NCBI GenBank assembly: GCA_963734295.1
Contig: CAVTGS010000012.1
Location: forward strand, 586,429-650,428
Source of the DNA: an uncultured beta proteobacterium
GTDB lineage: Bacteria; Pseudomonadota; Gammaproteobacteria; Burkholderiales; JAEUMW01
Direction of reading: 5' to 3'
Length of the DNA: 64,000 bases
Shown: positions 46,328-57,004 of the stretch, in pieces
Layout of the letters: each line of letters opens with the position of its first letter
How positions within the stretch are numbered: the first letter of the stretch is position 1
Notes under the pieces: generated by a model
The model's input: the letters and a program-made list of their open reading frames with translations, nothing else
The model's database searches: none
What the model was told of the DNA's origin: nothing
Made by a program: the position numbers and the translations under genes

Positions 46328-46548
46328 TTATGAGGGCACTACGGAGATTTACGTCAAATGGCTGCTTGCCACGGTGCCCACGGTGGCACCGAACACTGTG
46401 AAGATGCGCGGTTGAGGACGTCAAAAACGTTTCGTAGGTAGTTGATCTATAATGCGGCAACGCGACGGTGGATAGTGTTTTCTTGGACGCTCCAGATTGC
46501 AAAAATCCGTTGGATCAGATATCGATAGTTGTTCTGACGCCGGCCGGC

Positions 46549-46599
46549 TAATCCGCAGGTCCCTGGTTCGAGCCCAGGTCGGGGAGCCAAAGCACTTGG
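46549..46599 (+). repeat. direct repeat of the 3' half of tRNA-Asn (att-like remnant)
   Basis: taatccgcaggtccctggttcgagcccaggtcggggagcca (41 nt) is identical to 41335..41375, running from the anticodon loop to CCA. Downstream aagcacttgg also matches 41382..41391 once the 6-nt gatatc present only in the left copy is skipped. Confidence 0.85.
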
Positions 46600-46721
46600 A
46601 CAGTTCCCGACCCCGAAGCTCGTCGATGCCGTCCGGGTGACCCGGCACAACCCATTCACGTTCCACTCTTAAACTCGCGTCGCCAATGAGTTTGGCTCGA
46701 TCTGGAACCTGACCAGGGCGC

Positions 46722-48461
46722 ATGACGAAGAAGGCGAAGCCGTCGCCGCTGCGGCCCGTGGAAGATTCCGACGCGCGCTTCAAGGCCCTCGTCCAGAATT
46801 CTGCTGACATCATCACCATCCACGATCCGGATGGCATCACGGTTTTCGAGTCTCCCGCGGCCTCGCGCGTGTTGGGCTACGCGCCCGGGCAGCTCATTGG
46901 CCGCAACCCGTTCGACTCCATCCATCCCCGCGATGTGAGCCGCGTGCGCGAAGTTTTCGCGCAGGTAGTAAGGGGCGAGATTCAGCCGGCTCCGGTCGAG
47001 TTCCGATTTCGGCGCGCCAACGGGTCGTGGATCCACCTGGAAGCCGTCGGCACCAACCTGCTGCAGTATCCCGGCATCGAGGGTGTGGTGCTCACGTCCC
47101 GCGACATCACGCAGCGCAAGTTGGCAGAAGAGCGAATTCAGTATCTGGCGCAGCATGACACCCTCACCGATCTTCCGAACCGGGTGCTCATGCGCGACCG
47201 CTTGCACATCTCCATGGCGCAGGCGCAGCGCTGGCGTCAGCTCATCGCGGCGCTGCTGATCGGTCTCGATCGCTTCAAGGTGCTGAACGACACCTTCGGC
47301 CCCGTCGTGGGCGACGAGATCCTGCGCGAGACGGCGCAGCGCCTGCAGCAATGCACGCGGGAAGGCGATACGGTCGCGCGACTCGGCGGCGACGAGTTCA
47401 TGATCCTCCTGCCCAATCTCGCGAGCCCACAGGTCGCAGCCGCGGTCGCGCAGAAGGTGTTGCAGTCGGTCGCACGGCCCCTCCAGATCAGGGGAGAGGA
47501 AATCTTCATGTCGGCCAGCATCGGGGTCAGCCTGTTTCCGGAAGACGCCAGGGATGCGGACGATCTGATCCGCAATGCGGACACCGCGATGTACAGCGCG
47601 AAGCGGCTGGGCCGCAACAACTATCAGTTCTACACGGACGACCTGAATCTCAAGATGCGCGAGCGGCTCGTCATCGAGCACGGCCTGAGGCTGGCCGAGC
47701 AGAGGAACGAGCTGCGCCTGCTGTATCAGCCGAAGATCGATCTCGGTCAGCGCCGTATCACGGGACTGGAGGCGCTGGTGCGCTGGCATCATCCCACGCT
47801 CGGGCTGATCCCGCCCGACCGCTTCATTCCCATCGCGGAAGAGACCGGTCTGATCGTACCCATCGGCGAGTGGGTGCTGAGAACTGCGTGCGAGCAGATC
47901 CGGGCGTGGCGTGACGAGGGACTCCACCTGCGGGTGTCGGTCAATCTGTCCGCGCGCCAATTCCGCCAGGAGAATCTGGCGCAAACCATCTACCGCATCC
48001 TGTCCGAGACGGGCGTCCCGCCGCATTATCTCGAGTTGGAGATCACGGAGAGCGACGTCATGGAAAACGCGGAAAGCGCGATCGCCACCCTCGACGAGCT
48101 AAAGGGCAAAGGGGTAAACATCTCCATCGACGACTTCGGAACCGGCTATTCGAGCTTGAGCTATCTGAAGCGGTTTCCACTCGACATCCTGAAGATCGAC
48201 CGCTCCTTCGTGCGGGACATCCCGGCCAACGAAGACGACGCCGCGATCGTCGGAGCGATCATCGCGCTGGCACGCAGCATGGAAATCAAGGTCGTCGCCG
48301 AGGGTGTAGAGACCGAGAGTCAGGCCGATTTTCTCGGCCGCTCGGGGTGCGACTTTGCACAGGGATACTTCTTTAGCCCGCCAGTGCCGCCGGAAGAAAT
48401 CAAGAAGCTCGTCGAGGAGCGGGAATTTCGCCGAGATTCGTCATCGGTCGGCCCTGTCTAG
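46722..48461 (+). CDS. PAS-GGDEF-EAL signalling protein (c-di-GMP turnover)
   Basis: 579 aa. PAS region (...[16 protein letters not shown]...), intact GGDEF ([11 protein letters not shown]) and EAL ([10 protein letters not shown]...[13 protein letters not shown]...KIDRSF) motifs. Confidence 0.9.
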   Translation: MTKKAKPSPLRPVEDSDARFKALVQNSADIITIHDPDGITVFESPAASRVLGYAPGQLIGRNPFDSIHPRDVSRVREVFAQVVRGEIQPAPVEFRFRRANGSWIHLEAVGTNLLQYPGIEGVVLTSRDITQRKLAEERIQYLAQHDTLTDLPNRVLMRDRLHISMAQAQRWRQLIAALLIGLDRFKVLNDTFGPVVGDEILRETAQRLQQCTREGDTVARLGGDEFMILLPNLASPQVAAAVAQKVLQSVARPLQIRGEEIFMSASIGVSLFPEDARDADDLIRNADTAMYSAKRLGRNNYQFYTDDLNLKMRERLVIEHGLRLAEQRNELRLLYQPKIDLGQRRITGLEALVRWHHPTLGLIPPDRFIPIAEETGLIVPIGEWVLRTACEQIRAWRDEGLHLRVSVNLSARQFRQENLAQTIYRILSETGVPPHYLELEITESDVMENAESAIATLDELKGKGVNISIDDFGTGYSSLSYLKRFPLDILKIDRSFVRDIPANEDDAAIVGAIIALARSMEIKVVAEGVETESQADFLGRSGCDFAQGYFFSPPVPPEEIKKLVEEREFRRDSSSVGPV

Positions 48462-50080
48462 CTGGAAAGATCAATCGGCTGCTCGCGGCGCGCGATGCCC
48501 AGGGCCGCCGCGAGCGCGCCGGCGTCGATTGCCTGCGAGGTATCGATCACGACGGCGTCCTGCGATTCCTCGGCGGTCAGGTCTGTTGCCCGGTCGAGCT
48601 GCCGCTCCAGGACCGGCAGCCCTGCCTCGGACGCGTCCTGGCCGGCCTGCTCGCGAGTCACGACGCGTTCGCGCAGGGCGTCGGGGTGTGCCCGACAGGC
48701 GAGGATGCGAAACGCGGCGCCGGTCTCACGCGCCAGCGCGCGGCACGCATCGCGCTCGCCGCGGTCGAGAAACGTCGCATCGAGGACCACCGAATAGCCG
48801 GCGGTGAGCACGGTCTCCGCCAGCACTCTCAGCCTTCCGTAACTGCGCCGCGTCGCGTCCGGCGTGTACAGTCCCGCATCGACGGCCGACCCGCTGCGCG
48901 ACTCGGCGGACAAACCGGCGAGCCGCTTGCGCTCGACGTCCGAGCGCACGCGGATGAGATCGACCACTTCCAGGAGCGCGCTCGTGGCCGTGGTCTTGCC
49001 CGCGCCGGCCACCCCGTGGGTGATGAAGAGACCGAGCGGCGCGGTCGATGTGAATCGCTCAGCGAGCTCGAGATAACCCTGGATCCGGGTCTGCGCGTCT
49101 GCCGCCGCGCCAGCCTGCGCGCCCCTGATCGTGGCGACGGTCGCACGCACCAGCGCGCGATAGACGAGGTAGTAGCGCAGCACGGCGAGGCCCGCGTAGT
49201 CGCCGGTGCGCTCGAGATAGCGGTTCAGCAGGCGCCGCGCCAGATCCGAGCGGCCGCGGTGCGTGAGGTCCATGACGACGAAGGCGATCTCGCTCGTCAC
49301 GTCGACCCAGCGCAGGCGCGGATCGAACTCGATACAGTCGAAGATGAGCACGTGCCCGGCATGCAGCGCCATGTTGCCGAGGTGCAGGTCGCCGTGGCCC
49401 TCGCGCACGAAACCTTCGGCGCATCGCGCGGCGAAGGTGGCGACGAGACGCCGATGCTCGGCTTCGCTCCAGTCGCGCAGCCACGCGAGCGACGCGCGCA
49501 TCTTGGGGTCGGCGAGCCGGCGCTGGAGCGCGGCGAGATTCTTGCGCACCGGTCCTCGCACTGCTTCCGGGGCACCGTAACCGTCTTCTCTTGTGTCACG
49601 CGCGCAGCCCGCGTGAAACGCGGCGACCGCGTCGGCGAGCTCGTCCGCGAGCGCGGGCGTGACCATTCCAGTCGCCAGCAGTCGCGAAAGCTCTGTTCCG
49701 CGTTCGAACTCGCGCATCCTGACCGCCCACTCCACCGCGCTGCCCGCTCCGGCGATCACCGGCGCTTCCACGCTGCCCGTGATCGGGACGACATCGACGT
49801 ACCAGTCCGGCGCGAGCCGGCGGTTGAGCCTCAACTCCTCCCGGCAGAAGTGCTCGCGCCGCGGCAGAGTCGTGAAATCGAGGAAACCGAGGTCGACGGC
49901 CTTCTTGATCTTGTACGCATAATCGCCCGTGAGGATCACCCACGAGATATGGGTCTCGATCACCTCGATGTGCCCGACCGGATGGGGATAACGCGCTGGG
50001 TCGCCGAGCGCCGCGACGAGCACCGCCTGCGATGCGAGGGACGTGGATGGTTCGGTCATGGACGAGAGGGACCGCAGCAC
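48458..50080 (-). CDS. bifunctional aminoglycoside-phosphotransferase-like kinase / P-loop kinase fusion protein
   Basis: 540 aa. N-terminal APH/protein-kinase-like fold with [12 protein letters not shown] (HxDxxxxN). C-terminal P-loop [12 protein letters not shown] (AAA_33-like). Confidence 0.7.
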   Translation of the reverse strand: MLRSLSSMTEPSTSLASQAVLVAALGDPARYPHPVGHIEVIETHISWVILTGDYAYKIKKAVDLGFLDFTTLPRREHFCREELRLNRRLAPDWYVDVVPITGSVEAPVIAGAGSAVEWAVRMREFERGTELSRLLATGMVTPALADELADAVAAFHAGCARDTREDGYGAPEAVRGPVRKNLAALQRRLADPKMRASLAWLRDWSEAEHRRLVATFAARCAEGFVREGHGDLHLGNMALHAGHVLIFDCIEFDPRLRWVDVTSEIAFVVMDLTHRGRSDLARRLLNRYLERTGDYAGLAVLRYYLVYRALVRATVATIRGAQAGAAADAQTRIQGYLELAERFTSTAPLGLFITHGVAGAGKTTATSALLEVVDLIRVRSDVERKRLAGLSAESRSGSAVDAGLYTPDATRRSYGRLRVLAETVLTAGYSVVLDATFLDRGERDACRALARETGAAFRILACRAHPDALRERVVTREQAGQDASEAGLPVLERQLDRATDLTAEESQDAVVIDTSQAIDAGALAAALGIARREQPIDLSS

Positions 50081-50096
50081 CGCGGCCCGGGGCCGC

Positions 50097-53000
50097 TTAC
50101 TTCGGCGTCAGCGCGAACTTGCTCTCCACCATCTTCTTGTCGGCGGCCTCCACCTTCTCCACCGCCTCGATCGCGACCCGGTCCATCGGCAGCTTGCCCT
50201 GGGTCGAGAATTCCTCCTTGACCACATCCGCCCGGCGCTGCGCGAGAGCCTTGAGCTCCTCGTCACTCACCTGCTCGCCCACTTCCAGCCGCGCGAGCAG
50301 CGTCTCCGCGATCTGCGTCCGCATCTGCTCTTTCGCCTCCCTGGTAAGCGGCTTGCCGTCGGCGGTCTGAGCCTTTTCCGCTGCATCTCTAACCTTTGCG
50401 AGCTCGTCCTTGCCGAACCGCTCGGAGAAGAGCGTCTGGATCGCGTCCTGATTCTTCGGGTCGGTGACGTCGAGCAGACCCGGATCTTCGCCCTCCTTGA
50501 GCTTGAAACCCGCGCGCTTGGCGAGCTCGCGGCGCACCCGGAACGACCGGATCGCATCTGCGTCCTGCGCTGCATACACCGGCCGGATGCCGACCTTGAG
50601 CTGCGGCCGCTTCTCGAGCGCGGTGGCCACCTTGGCGAGCTTCGCCTTCTCCGGCGGCAGCAGCGCGTCGCTGCCGGGGTCGAAGGAGACTGCCTCGAGT
50701 TGCTCGCTGTCCCCTCCAAGCAAAGCTCCCAGTGCCCGGAACGGTGCCGTGACGATCTTCGTGAGCACATTCACGAGCACCTTCCACACGAGGCCGCCGA
50801 TACTGAACTGCGGATCGTCGAGGCTGCCGGTTACCGGCAGCCCGAGGTCGATCTTGCCGTCGGCATCCTTCAGGAGCGCGATGGCGAGCGCGAGCGGCAG
50901 CTTCACCGCGTCGGGGCTTTCCACCTGCTCGCCGAGCGTGAGCTGATCGATAATGACCTTGTTCTCGCCCTTCAACTGGCGCTGCTGGATGAAGTACTCG
51001 AGGTCCGCGTCGAGCTTGCCGGACGCGATGCGGTAGCCGGCGAACTTCGCCGAGTACGGGGTCATGCTGGTGAGCTCGACGTTGCGGAAGGTGGCGGTGA
51101 TGTTCAGATAATCCGTGGGGGCGAACGGAAAAAGATCGCCCGAGAAGCGCGCCAGTCCGTACTCGTCGACGGCCCCTTCCAGTTTCATCTGCGCCTTGCT
51201 GCCCGGGCGCGTGGAGAGGTTGTTCACCGTGCCGTCGAGGCTGTGAACCCGGGTGCCGAACTGCGGTGTCAGCGTGAGATCGGCGAAAAAGAGCTCGCCC
51301 TTGTTGACCCGGATGCGCTGAATGTTGACGGGAAAGAGCGGCGGCGCGGCCGGCGGCGCGGCGGCGGGCTTCGCGGCCGGCTTCTGCGCCGGCGCGGCGC
51401 CGAACCGGACCGAGCTGGTCGCGTCCTCCCGGCCCACCTGGCGCGAGCTGTCGCCGGCTGCCGGAGCCGCCGCCTTCGCTTTCTCGAACGCGGGCTTCGG
51501 TCGCTCGTCCGCCCCGCCCTTGCCGCCCGACGTGCGCAGGATGCGCTGGACGTTCAGGGTGCGGTCCTCGTAGATGATGAACTTGCCGCCGGGCCGGTCG
51601 AGGCGGATCTCCGCGATATCGACCCGCCCCGGCTCGAGCTTGAAGTCGATGCCGCGCACGTCCATCATGTCCCAGCCGAGAAAACGCTCCTTGGTGCCTT
51701 CCTCGACGAGATCGAGCTTCGCGACCTGGAAACCGCCGTTGAACTGCGCGGTCGGCTTGCCGTCGCGCAGGGCAAACGCATACTTGCCCGCGGCGGAAGC
51801 GCTGCCGGACTTGAGCACGAGCAGGGCGAACCGGCTTACGTATCGCTCGCCCAGCTTGAGCGGCAGCTCCTTGAGCGCCAGGGTGCCTTCGGCGGCGGGG
51901 GTGCCGGGGACGAGCGGACCCCTTCGACGCGAACTGTCCGCCGGGCTGCACACCGAGATCGAGCTCGTAGCGAACCGCCTGCTTGAGGTCGCTCGACACG
52001 CCGTCGAGCTTCACCCGGATCGGCTCGATCTTGACCGCGACCGGCGGCGCCATCGCGCGGTCGGTGAAGGTGATGCCGCCGTCCACGACCTCGATCGTCT
52101 TGAGTCCGATGCGCCATGGCTGCTCGACGCCTTTGCCGGGCTCACCCGCTGGCTCGGGCCGCTGCTGCGCTGGCGCTGCCGCCGTCGCACTCTTCGGCGC
52201 CAGACCTGCCCAGTTGAGCTTGCCGTCCGCGTCGAGCCAGGCATCGCCCCGCGGCTTCGAGATCCTGAGCGCCTCGAACTGCGCCGACTTGTCCTTGTAG
52301 TTGGCGCTGCCCGTGCCGAGCTCGACGGCTGCGAGCGTGAAGATCGGCGCCTGCTCGCGCGGCGTTACGCTGATGTCCGAGAGCCCGAGGGTGATCCCGT
52401 CGAGGGTCACCTGCGAGCCGGCCGGGGCGTAGTCGATGACCGCAGCGAAGCCCAAGGCGACGTGCTTTACGCTGGCGTCGTAAGGGGTGATCGCCGCGTC
52501 GTCCGAAAAGGCGAAGCCGAAGTCGGCGACACGCAGCTCCTTGATGGAGATTTTCCACGGCCCTTCGTCGGCGGCAGGTTTCGCACCCGCGGCGTCGGCA
52601 GCGGTCTCCCGGGCCGCCGCGGCACCCTTCAACTTGAGCAGCTCCACCCAGTTGATGAGATTGTCGGACCCCCGTTGGGCGCCGAGGCCTCCCGCCCTTG
52701 ACCAGGAACTTTTCGAGCACGAGCTTTCGCTCACCCAGATCGAATGTGCCAGGGCCGACCTCCACTTCATCGAGCCGCAGCACCCGATCTTCCTTGTTGC
52801 GGGACTTGAGCGCCCAACCCTTGAGCTCGGCCTTCATGTCGGTGAGATGGAGGCGCAGCTCGGGCTCTTTCAGGTCGATCTCGTAGGCCGTGCTGAGATT
52901 GGCGGTACCGCTCGCGATCTCGAAGTTCACGAGATCCGCGCCGTAGCGCCAGAGCTTGGGCGCCGACAACGCCCGTGAGCGCGACGATGCCGCGCGACTG

Positions 53001-53645
53001 GATGGGAGAGACGCCGAGCTCGCCCTCCCATTTCAGCTGCTCACCTTCGGGCGTGCGGGCGACGAGGATCTGCTTGCCTTCCTGGTTGGGCAGCGTGCTG
53101 AAATCGTTGAGGACGAACTGGACCGGATCGACCTGGGTCTTGAACGGCTCCGCGCGGCGCTCGTCCGTGAACTCCACGCCGGCGCGATCGACTTCCAGCT
53201 TGTCGATGATGACGCGAGGCAGCGGCTCGCCCGGCTTCGGTTCTTCCTGCGGCCGATTCTTGGTCGCGTCCTCGATCAGCCGGGCAAAGTTGAGGCTGCC
53301 CGCCTTGTCGATCACGGCGTTGGCAACCGGCCGCGCGAGCGAGATCTCGCGGAAGCCGAACGCACGCTGGGTAAGCGCCGGGAAGATCTCGTAGTCGACG
53401 AGCAGGCGCTCGAACCCCGCCAGCAGCGACCCGTCCTTGTCCTTGAGCGAAACATCCCTGATCTCGAGCTTGAGATCGAATGGGTTCAACTTGATCTCGC
53501 CGACGGTGAGCTCGCGCTGCAATTCCTCCCGCACGAACTTCTCGAGCTGGCTGCGCATGAGGGGCGGAACCGCGAGGAAGCCGACCGCAGCGAACAGCAC
53601 TACGGCCGCCACCAGCGCGACGCCGGCGATGACGAGCTTCTTCAT
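50097..53645 (-). pseudogene. DUF748/AsmA-like large envelope protein, interrupted by three frameshifts
   Basis: One continuous homologous reading needs four frames. These are 53645->~52970 (MKKLVIAGVALVAAVVLFAAVGFLAVPPLMRSQLEKFV...IQSRGIVALTGV), ~52968->~52690 (SAPKLWRYGADLVNFEI...LVLEKFLVKGG), ~52660->~51920 (DNLINWVELLKLKG...LDLGVQPGGQFASKG) and ~51920->50097 (PLVPGTPAAEGTLALKELPLK...KFALTPK*). The last junction sits in a C4/G4 run at 51919-51922. Confidence 0.65.
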
Positions 53646-53729
53646 CGGGCCGGCGGGCGCGCGCGAACTCGCACGAGACCCCTCAGGCGAGGCAATGCGG
53701 TTGCCTCCAAGGTGCTGCGCCGCAGCGTC

Positions 53730-54371
53730 TTACGACTTGACCGGGATCAGCTTGCGCTCGGCGAGCGCGTTGGCAATGAGCTTGGCGAAGCCCGGTGCCT
53801 CCTGGGTCACGCTGCCCGGCGCGAAGGTCTGCGTGGTGCCCGCCCAGACCAGCTTGTCGGTCCGCACGTCCCAGAGGTTGGTCTCCACCGTCACCACCTC
53901 GTACTGGTAGGCGACCGGCGGCGTATAGGTCACCGCCGAGCTGTAATAGCCATAGAAGTTGTTGTAGTAGCCGACCCCCGGGACCGCCGTCGGCGAGAAT
54001 CCCGGCGCGTACTGGGTTTCCTTGTCGGTCTTGACGAGCCGCGCCACCAGGAAGCCGTCTGCGCCGACGTTCTTCGCCGCCTGCTCCATCGCCTCGCGCG
54101 AGGGCTGCTGGTCGCGCGGCAGCAGCGTGTGGCCCGGCACGGCGTCTACTCCGCGCCGCGTGAGCTCGGCGGCGAAGATCTCCTCGAAGGTCTGGCTCAT
54201 GGCGCCGTCGGAGCCCAACCCGAGCACGATGATCTTCTTGAAGGGACCGCCGCTATAGGCCGGATCCTGCCAGACGTTCACGATCTTGGTGGACGTGGCG
54301 CAGGCAACGAGCAGAAGGAACGGGAAAACGGCTGTTGCGATGCGGCGGGTGATCGAAGGGGTGTGCGCCAT
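53730..54371 (-). CDS. lipoprotein (DUF4136-like)
   Basis: 213 aa with lipobox FPFLLLVAC and the C-terminal pattern ...VTVETNLWDVRTDKLVWAGTTQTF.... Confidence 0.5.
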   Translation of the reverse strand: MAHTPSITRRIATAVFPFLLLVACATSTKIVNVWQDPAYSGGPFKKIIVLGLGSDGAMSQTFEEIFAAELTRRGVDAVPGHTLLPRDQQPSREAMEQAAKNVGADGFLVARLVKTDKETQYAPGFSPTAVPGVGYYNNFYGYYSSAVTYTPPVAYQYEVVTVETNLWDVRTDKLVWAGTTQTFAPGSVTQEAPGFAKLIANALAERKLIPVKS

Positions 54372-54500
54372 GTTCTCTCCGGAGGATATTTGGATTTAAG
54401 TTCGGGGAAGCTGCCCCGCGCGCCGGCTCATGACGGCATTGTACCGCTCGCGGTGGGCGCCGCCATCGTTTCTCGGAGGGTCCCGTCGCGACCAGACGGT

Positions 54501-55142
54501 CTAGCTAGGCGCGGCAGCACGGGGAGCCGGCGGGGCGGCCCGCACCGCCTCGGCGATCTGCCCTGCCAGGACGGCGAGCGCGCGACTCATGCCGGCGGCG
54601 TAGGGGCCCGGCCCGGGCTCCGGGATCGGCTCCACGATTTCGGACTGCCGCGTGAACAGCACCTGAGCCGCATCCGGCGACAGCAGCTCCCAGCGGGCGA
54701 CGAGCACGACACCCTTCCCCGCCACGGGCTCGAACTGCAGCACCCGAACCGGGATGCGCACGGCGATCTCGCGGTGGCGCGACCAGGGCCAGACAATCAC
54801 CCGATCGCTCGCCAGCAGACGCGACAGGTTCTCGCCCAGCACGCGCTGCACCTCCTGGTCGAGCGGCGCGCCCCAGCTGTGCCGCGCATCGACACGCAGC
54901 TGGTTTGCCGCCTCGCGCGAAACCATCTCGTTGCGGTCGAGATAGGCCGGGATGGCCACGGGACCGAGGCCGACCGCAATGCCCGACGCTTCGAGCCGGG
55001 TCGGTGGGACCGTGGAATCGAGCACGTAGGTCGGCGCGGGCGGCGGCGTGCCGGGGCCGATGTTCACGCATGCGGATACGCCGATCATCAAAAGCAGCAG
55101 CGCCCAGCGCCGGACTCGACCGAGGGGCAAGTGCGCGTTCAC
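54501..55142 (-). CDS. ABC-transport auxiliary lipoprotein (PqiC/DUF330 family)
   Basis: 213 aa with lipobox LLLMIGVSAC and ...GLGPVAIPAYLDRNEMV...WGAPLDQEVQRVLGENLS...VRIPVRVLQFE.... Its start overlaps the MCE gene stop. Confidence 0.7.
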   Translation of the reverse strand: MNAHLPLGRVRRWALLLLMIGVSACVNIGPGTPPPAPTYVLDSTVPPTRLEASGIAVGLGPVAIPAYLDRNEMVSREAANQLRVDARHSWGAPLDQEVQRVLGENLSRLLASDRVIVWPWSRHREIAVRIPVRVLQFEPVAGKGVVLVARWELLSPDAAQVLFTRQSEIVEPIPEPGPGPYAAGMSRALAVLAGQIAEAVRAAPPAPRAAAPS

Positions 55143-56176
55143 GGTTTCGCCTCCTCGCCGGGCCGGCCGCGGATGAGCGCGTCGGGCCGCTTCTCCAGCT
55201 CCGTCGCCAGCAGTCGAATCGATCGCGCGGCGGCGCTCAGCTCCTTCAAGGCGGTGTTGAGCTCGTAGATCAAGGGGGAGGTCTCGCTCGTGAGGTTCTC
55301 GATGTTGCGCAGCGTCTGCTGTGCGCCGACGAGCGTGTTGTCCCCGCTCTCGGCAATGCGGTTGATGGCATCGGCGACGGTGTTCACGCGTTTCTCGGCC
55401 GCGGCAGCAGTAATGCGCACCTGCTCGAGCGTCAGCGTGCCTTCGGCCAGCGTTCGCTTCGCCGCCGCAGCGGTGCTGTCGAAGGTCGAGGTGACGCGCG
55501 GCAGGCTTTTCTCGACCTGCACCAGGGCACCAGTCGCGGCGGCGAGCATGTCGCGCACGTTGCGCCGGTCCTTTTCAGCGGGCGACCCCAGCACGTCGTT
55601 CAGGTTCTCCAGCACTACACGCAAGTCGGTCGCGATCTCCCGGATCGGGAGTCCCGTCAGAAATTCCTCCAGCTCCTGGGTCCTCGACGGCAGCGTAGGA
55701 ATCTCCCACCACCCGGGCGGTGCACCATGCCGGTCGATAGGTGTATCGGGCTCGAAGTCGAGCTGGACCCGCTGTTGCCCGGTCACGAAGCTGATCACTT
55801 CGAGACGCGCGCGCAGGCCGAATTGGTCGACGACTTCCTGTCTCATGACTTCGATCTCGGGATCGGCCGCGCCGCGCTCTTTTCTCCCCAGGATCTCGAC
55901 GCGCTCGGTGAGCCTGCCCTCCACGGGAAAGACGAAGAGCTTCGCCTTCGGATCGTAGGCCGCACGGATGTTCGTTACCTCTCCCACCTTCACCCCGCGA
56001 AAGGTGATCGGGGCACCCAGCTGCAGACCCGTGACACCCGCATCGAAATTGAAGATGACCGGCGTCGCCCTGCCTGCATGCAGGATCGGGGTCAGGAAAA
56101 TCAGGCCCAGCGCGACCAGGGCCAGCGCACCGAGAATGAAGGCGCCGATGAAGGCTGGGTTGCTCTTGGTTTTCAC
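55139..56176 (-). CDS. MCE-domain (MlaD/PqiB-like) protein
   Basis: 345 aa. N-terminal TM (AFIGAFILGALALVALGLIF), MCE domain (...LQLGAPITFRGVKVGEVTNI...), and a long helical C-terminal region. GTG start at 56176. Confidence 0.8.
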   Translation of the reverse strand: MKTKSNPAFIGAFILGALALVALGLIFLTPILHAGRATPVIFNFDAGVTGLQLGAPITFRGVKVGEVTNIRAAYDPKAKLFVFPVEGRLTERVEILGRKERGAADPEIEVMRQEVVDQFGLRARLEVISFVTGQQRVQLDFEPDTPIDRHGAPPGWWEIPTLPSRTQELEEFLTGLPIREIATDLRVVLENLNDVLGSPAEKDRRNVRDMLAAATGALVQVEKSLPRVTSTFDSTAAAAKRTLAEGTLTLEQVRITAAAAEKRVNTVADAINRIAESGDNTLVGAQQTLRNIENLTSETSPLIYELNTALKELSAAARSIRLLATELEKRPDALIRGRPGEEAKP

Positions 56177-56230
56177 GGTCGGGATTGTGCCACGGGCGAC
56201 GCGGCATGCGCAGCCTCGCTGGCGGGCTCC

Positions 56231-57004
56231 TCACCGCGGGTGAGGAAGCGGCGCACGCGTGGGTCCTCGCACTCCTCGCACCAGCACTTTGGGATCGCCG
56301 GCCGCGATCATCGTCTTCGTCTCGGCGTCGAGAAACACCGAATTGGTGCCGATCGCGAAGATGCTGGGCAGCTCGTGGGTGACCATCACTACGGTCGCGC
56401 CGAGGCTGTCACGCAGCTCGAGGATGAGATCGTCCAGCAGGCGCGAGCTGATCGGGTCGAGGCCGGCGGAGGGCTCGTCGAAGAACAGCGCTTCCGGATC
56501 GAGCGCCATTGCACGGGCGAGCCCCGCGCGCTTGCGCATGCCACCGCTGATCTCCGACGGATAGAAGTCCTCGAAACCCGCCAGCCCGACCAGCGCGAGC
56601 TTGAGGCTGACGAGCTCGCGGATCTCGGCCGCCGAGAGCTTCGTGAACTGCTCCAGCGCCAGGGCCACGTTCTCGGCGAGCGTCATCGAGCTCCACAGCG
56701 CACCGCTCTGGTAGAGGGCGCCGAAGCGGCGGATCAACTGCTGGCGGGCGTCTTCATCGAGATCCCACAGGCTCGTGCCGTCGACCATCACTTTGCCCTC
56801 CTGTGGCGGCACGAGGCCGATCAGCGAGCGCATCACCGTGCTCTTGCCGCAGCCGCTGCCGCCCATGATGATGAAGATGTCGCCGCGGCGAATGGTGAAG
56901 TCGAGATTGCGCTGGATCACCCGTTCGCCGTAGCCGACCGTGACCCCACTTACCACGATGTGGTCGCGCAGAGGGGCAGCGGCAACGGGCGTCGGCGCTG
57001 ACAT
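56231..57004 (-). CDS. MlaF-like ABC transporter ATPase (3' end apparently frameshifted)
   Basis: Walker A GGSGCGKST, signature SEISGGMRKRAGLARA, Walker B ALFFDEPSAGLD. The in-frame tail ...DPKVLVRGVRGPTRAPLPHPR* is junk-like. The +1 frame reads CEECEDPRVRRFLTRGEEP... and ends at 56174, overlapping the MCE GTG start. Confidence 0.8.
   Translation of the reverse strand: MSAPTPVAAAPLRDHIVVSGVTVGYGERVIQRNLDFTIRRGDIFIIMGGSGCGKSTVMRSLIGLVPPQEGKVMVDGTSLWDLDEDARQQLIRRFGALYQSGALWSSMTLAENVALALEQFTKLSAAEIRELVSLKLALVGLAGFEDFYPSEISGGMRKRAGLARAMALDPEALFFDEPSAGLDPISSRLLDDLILELRDSLGATVVMVTHELPSIFAIGTNSVFLDAETKTMIAAGDPKVLVRGVRGPTRAPLPHPR

Noticed and set aside
46329-46420. A short frame (EGTTEIYVKWLLATVPTVAPNTVKMRG*) vaguely like the N-terminal core-binding domain of a tyrosine recombinase, near the att-like tRNA fragment
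   Set aside because: The resemblance covers only about 25 residues with no catalytic domain. It cannot be distinguished from chance without a database search, so the insert is reported as integrase-less.
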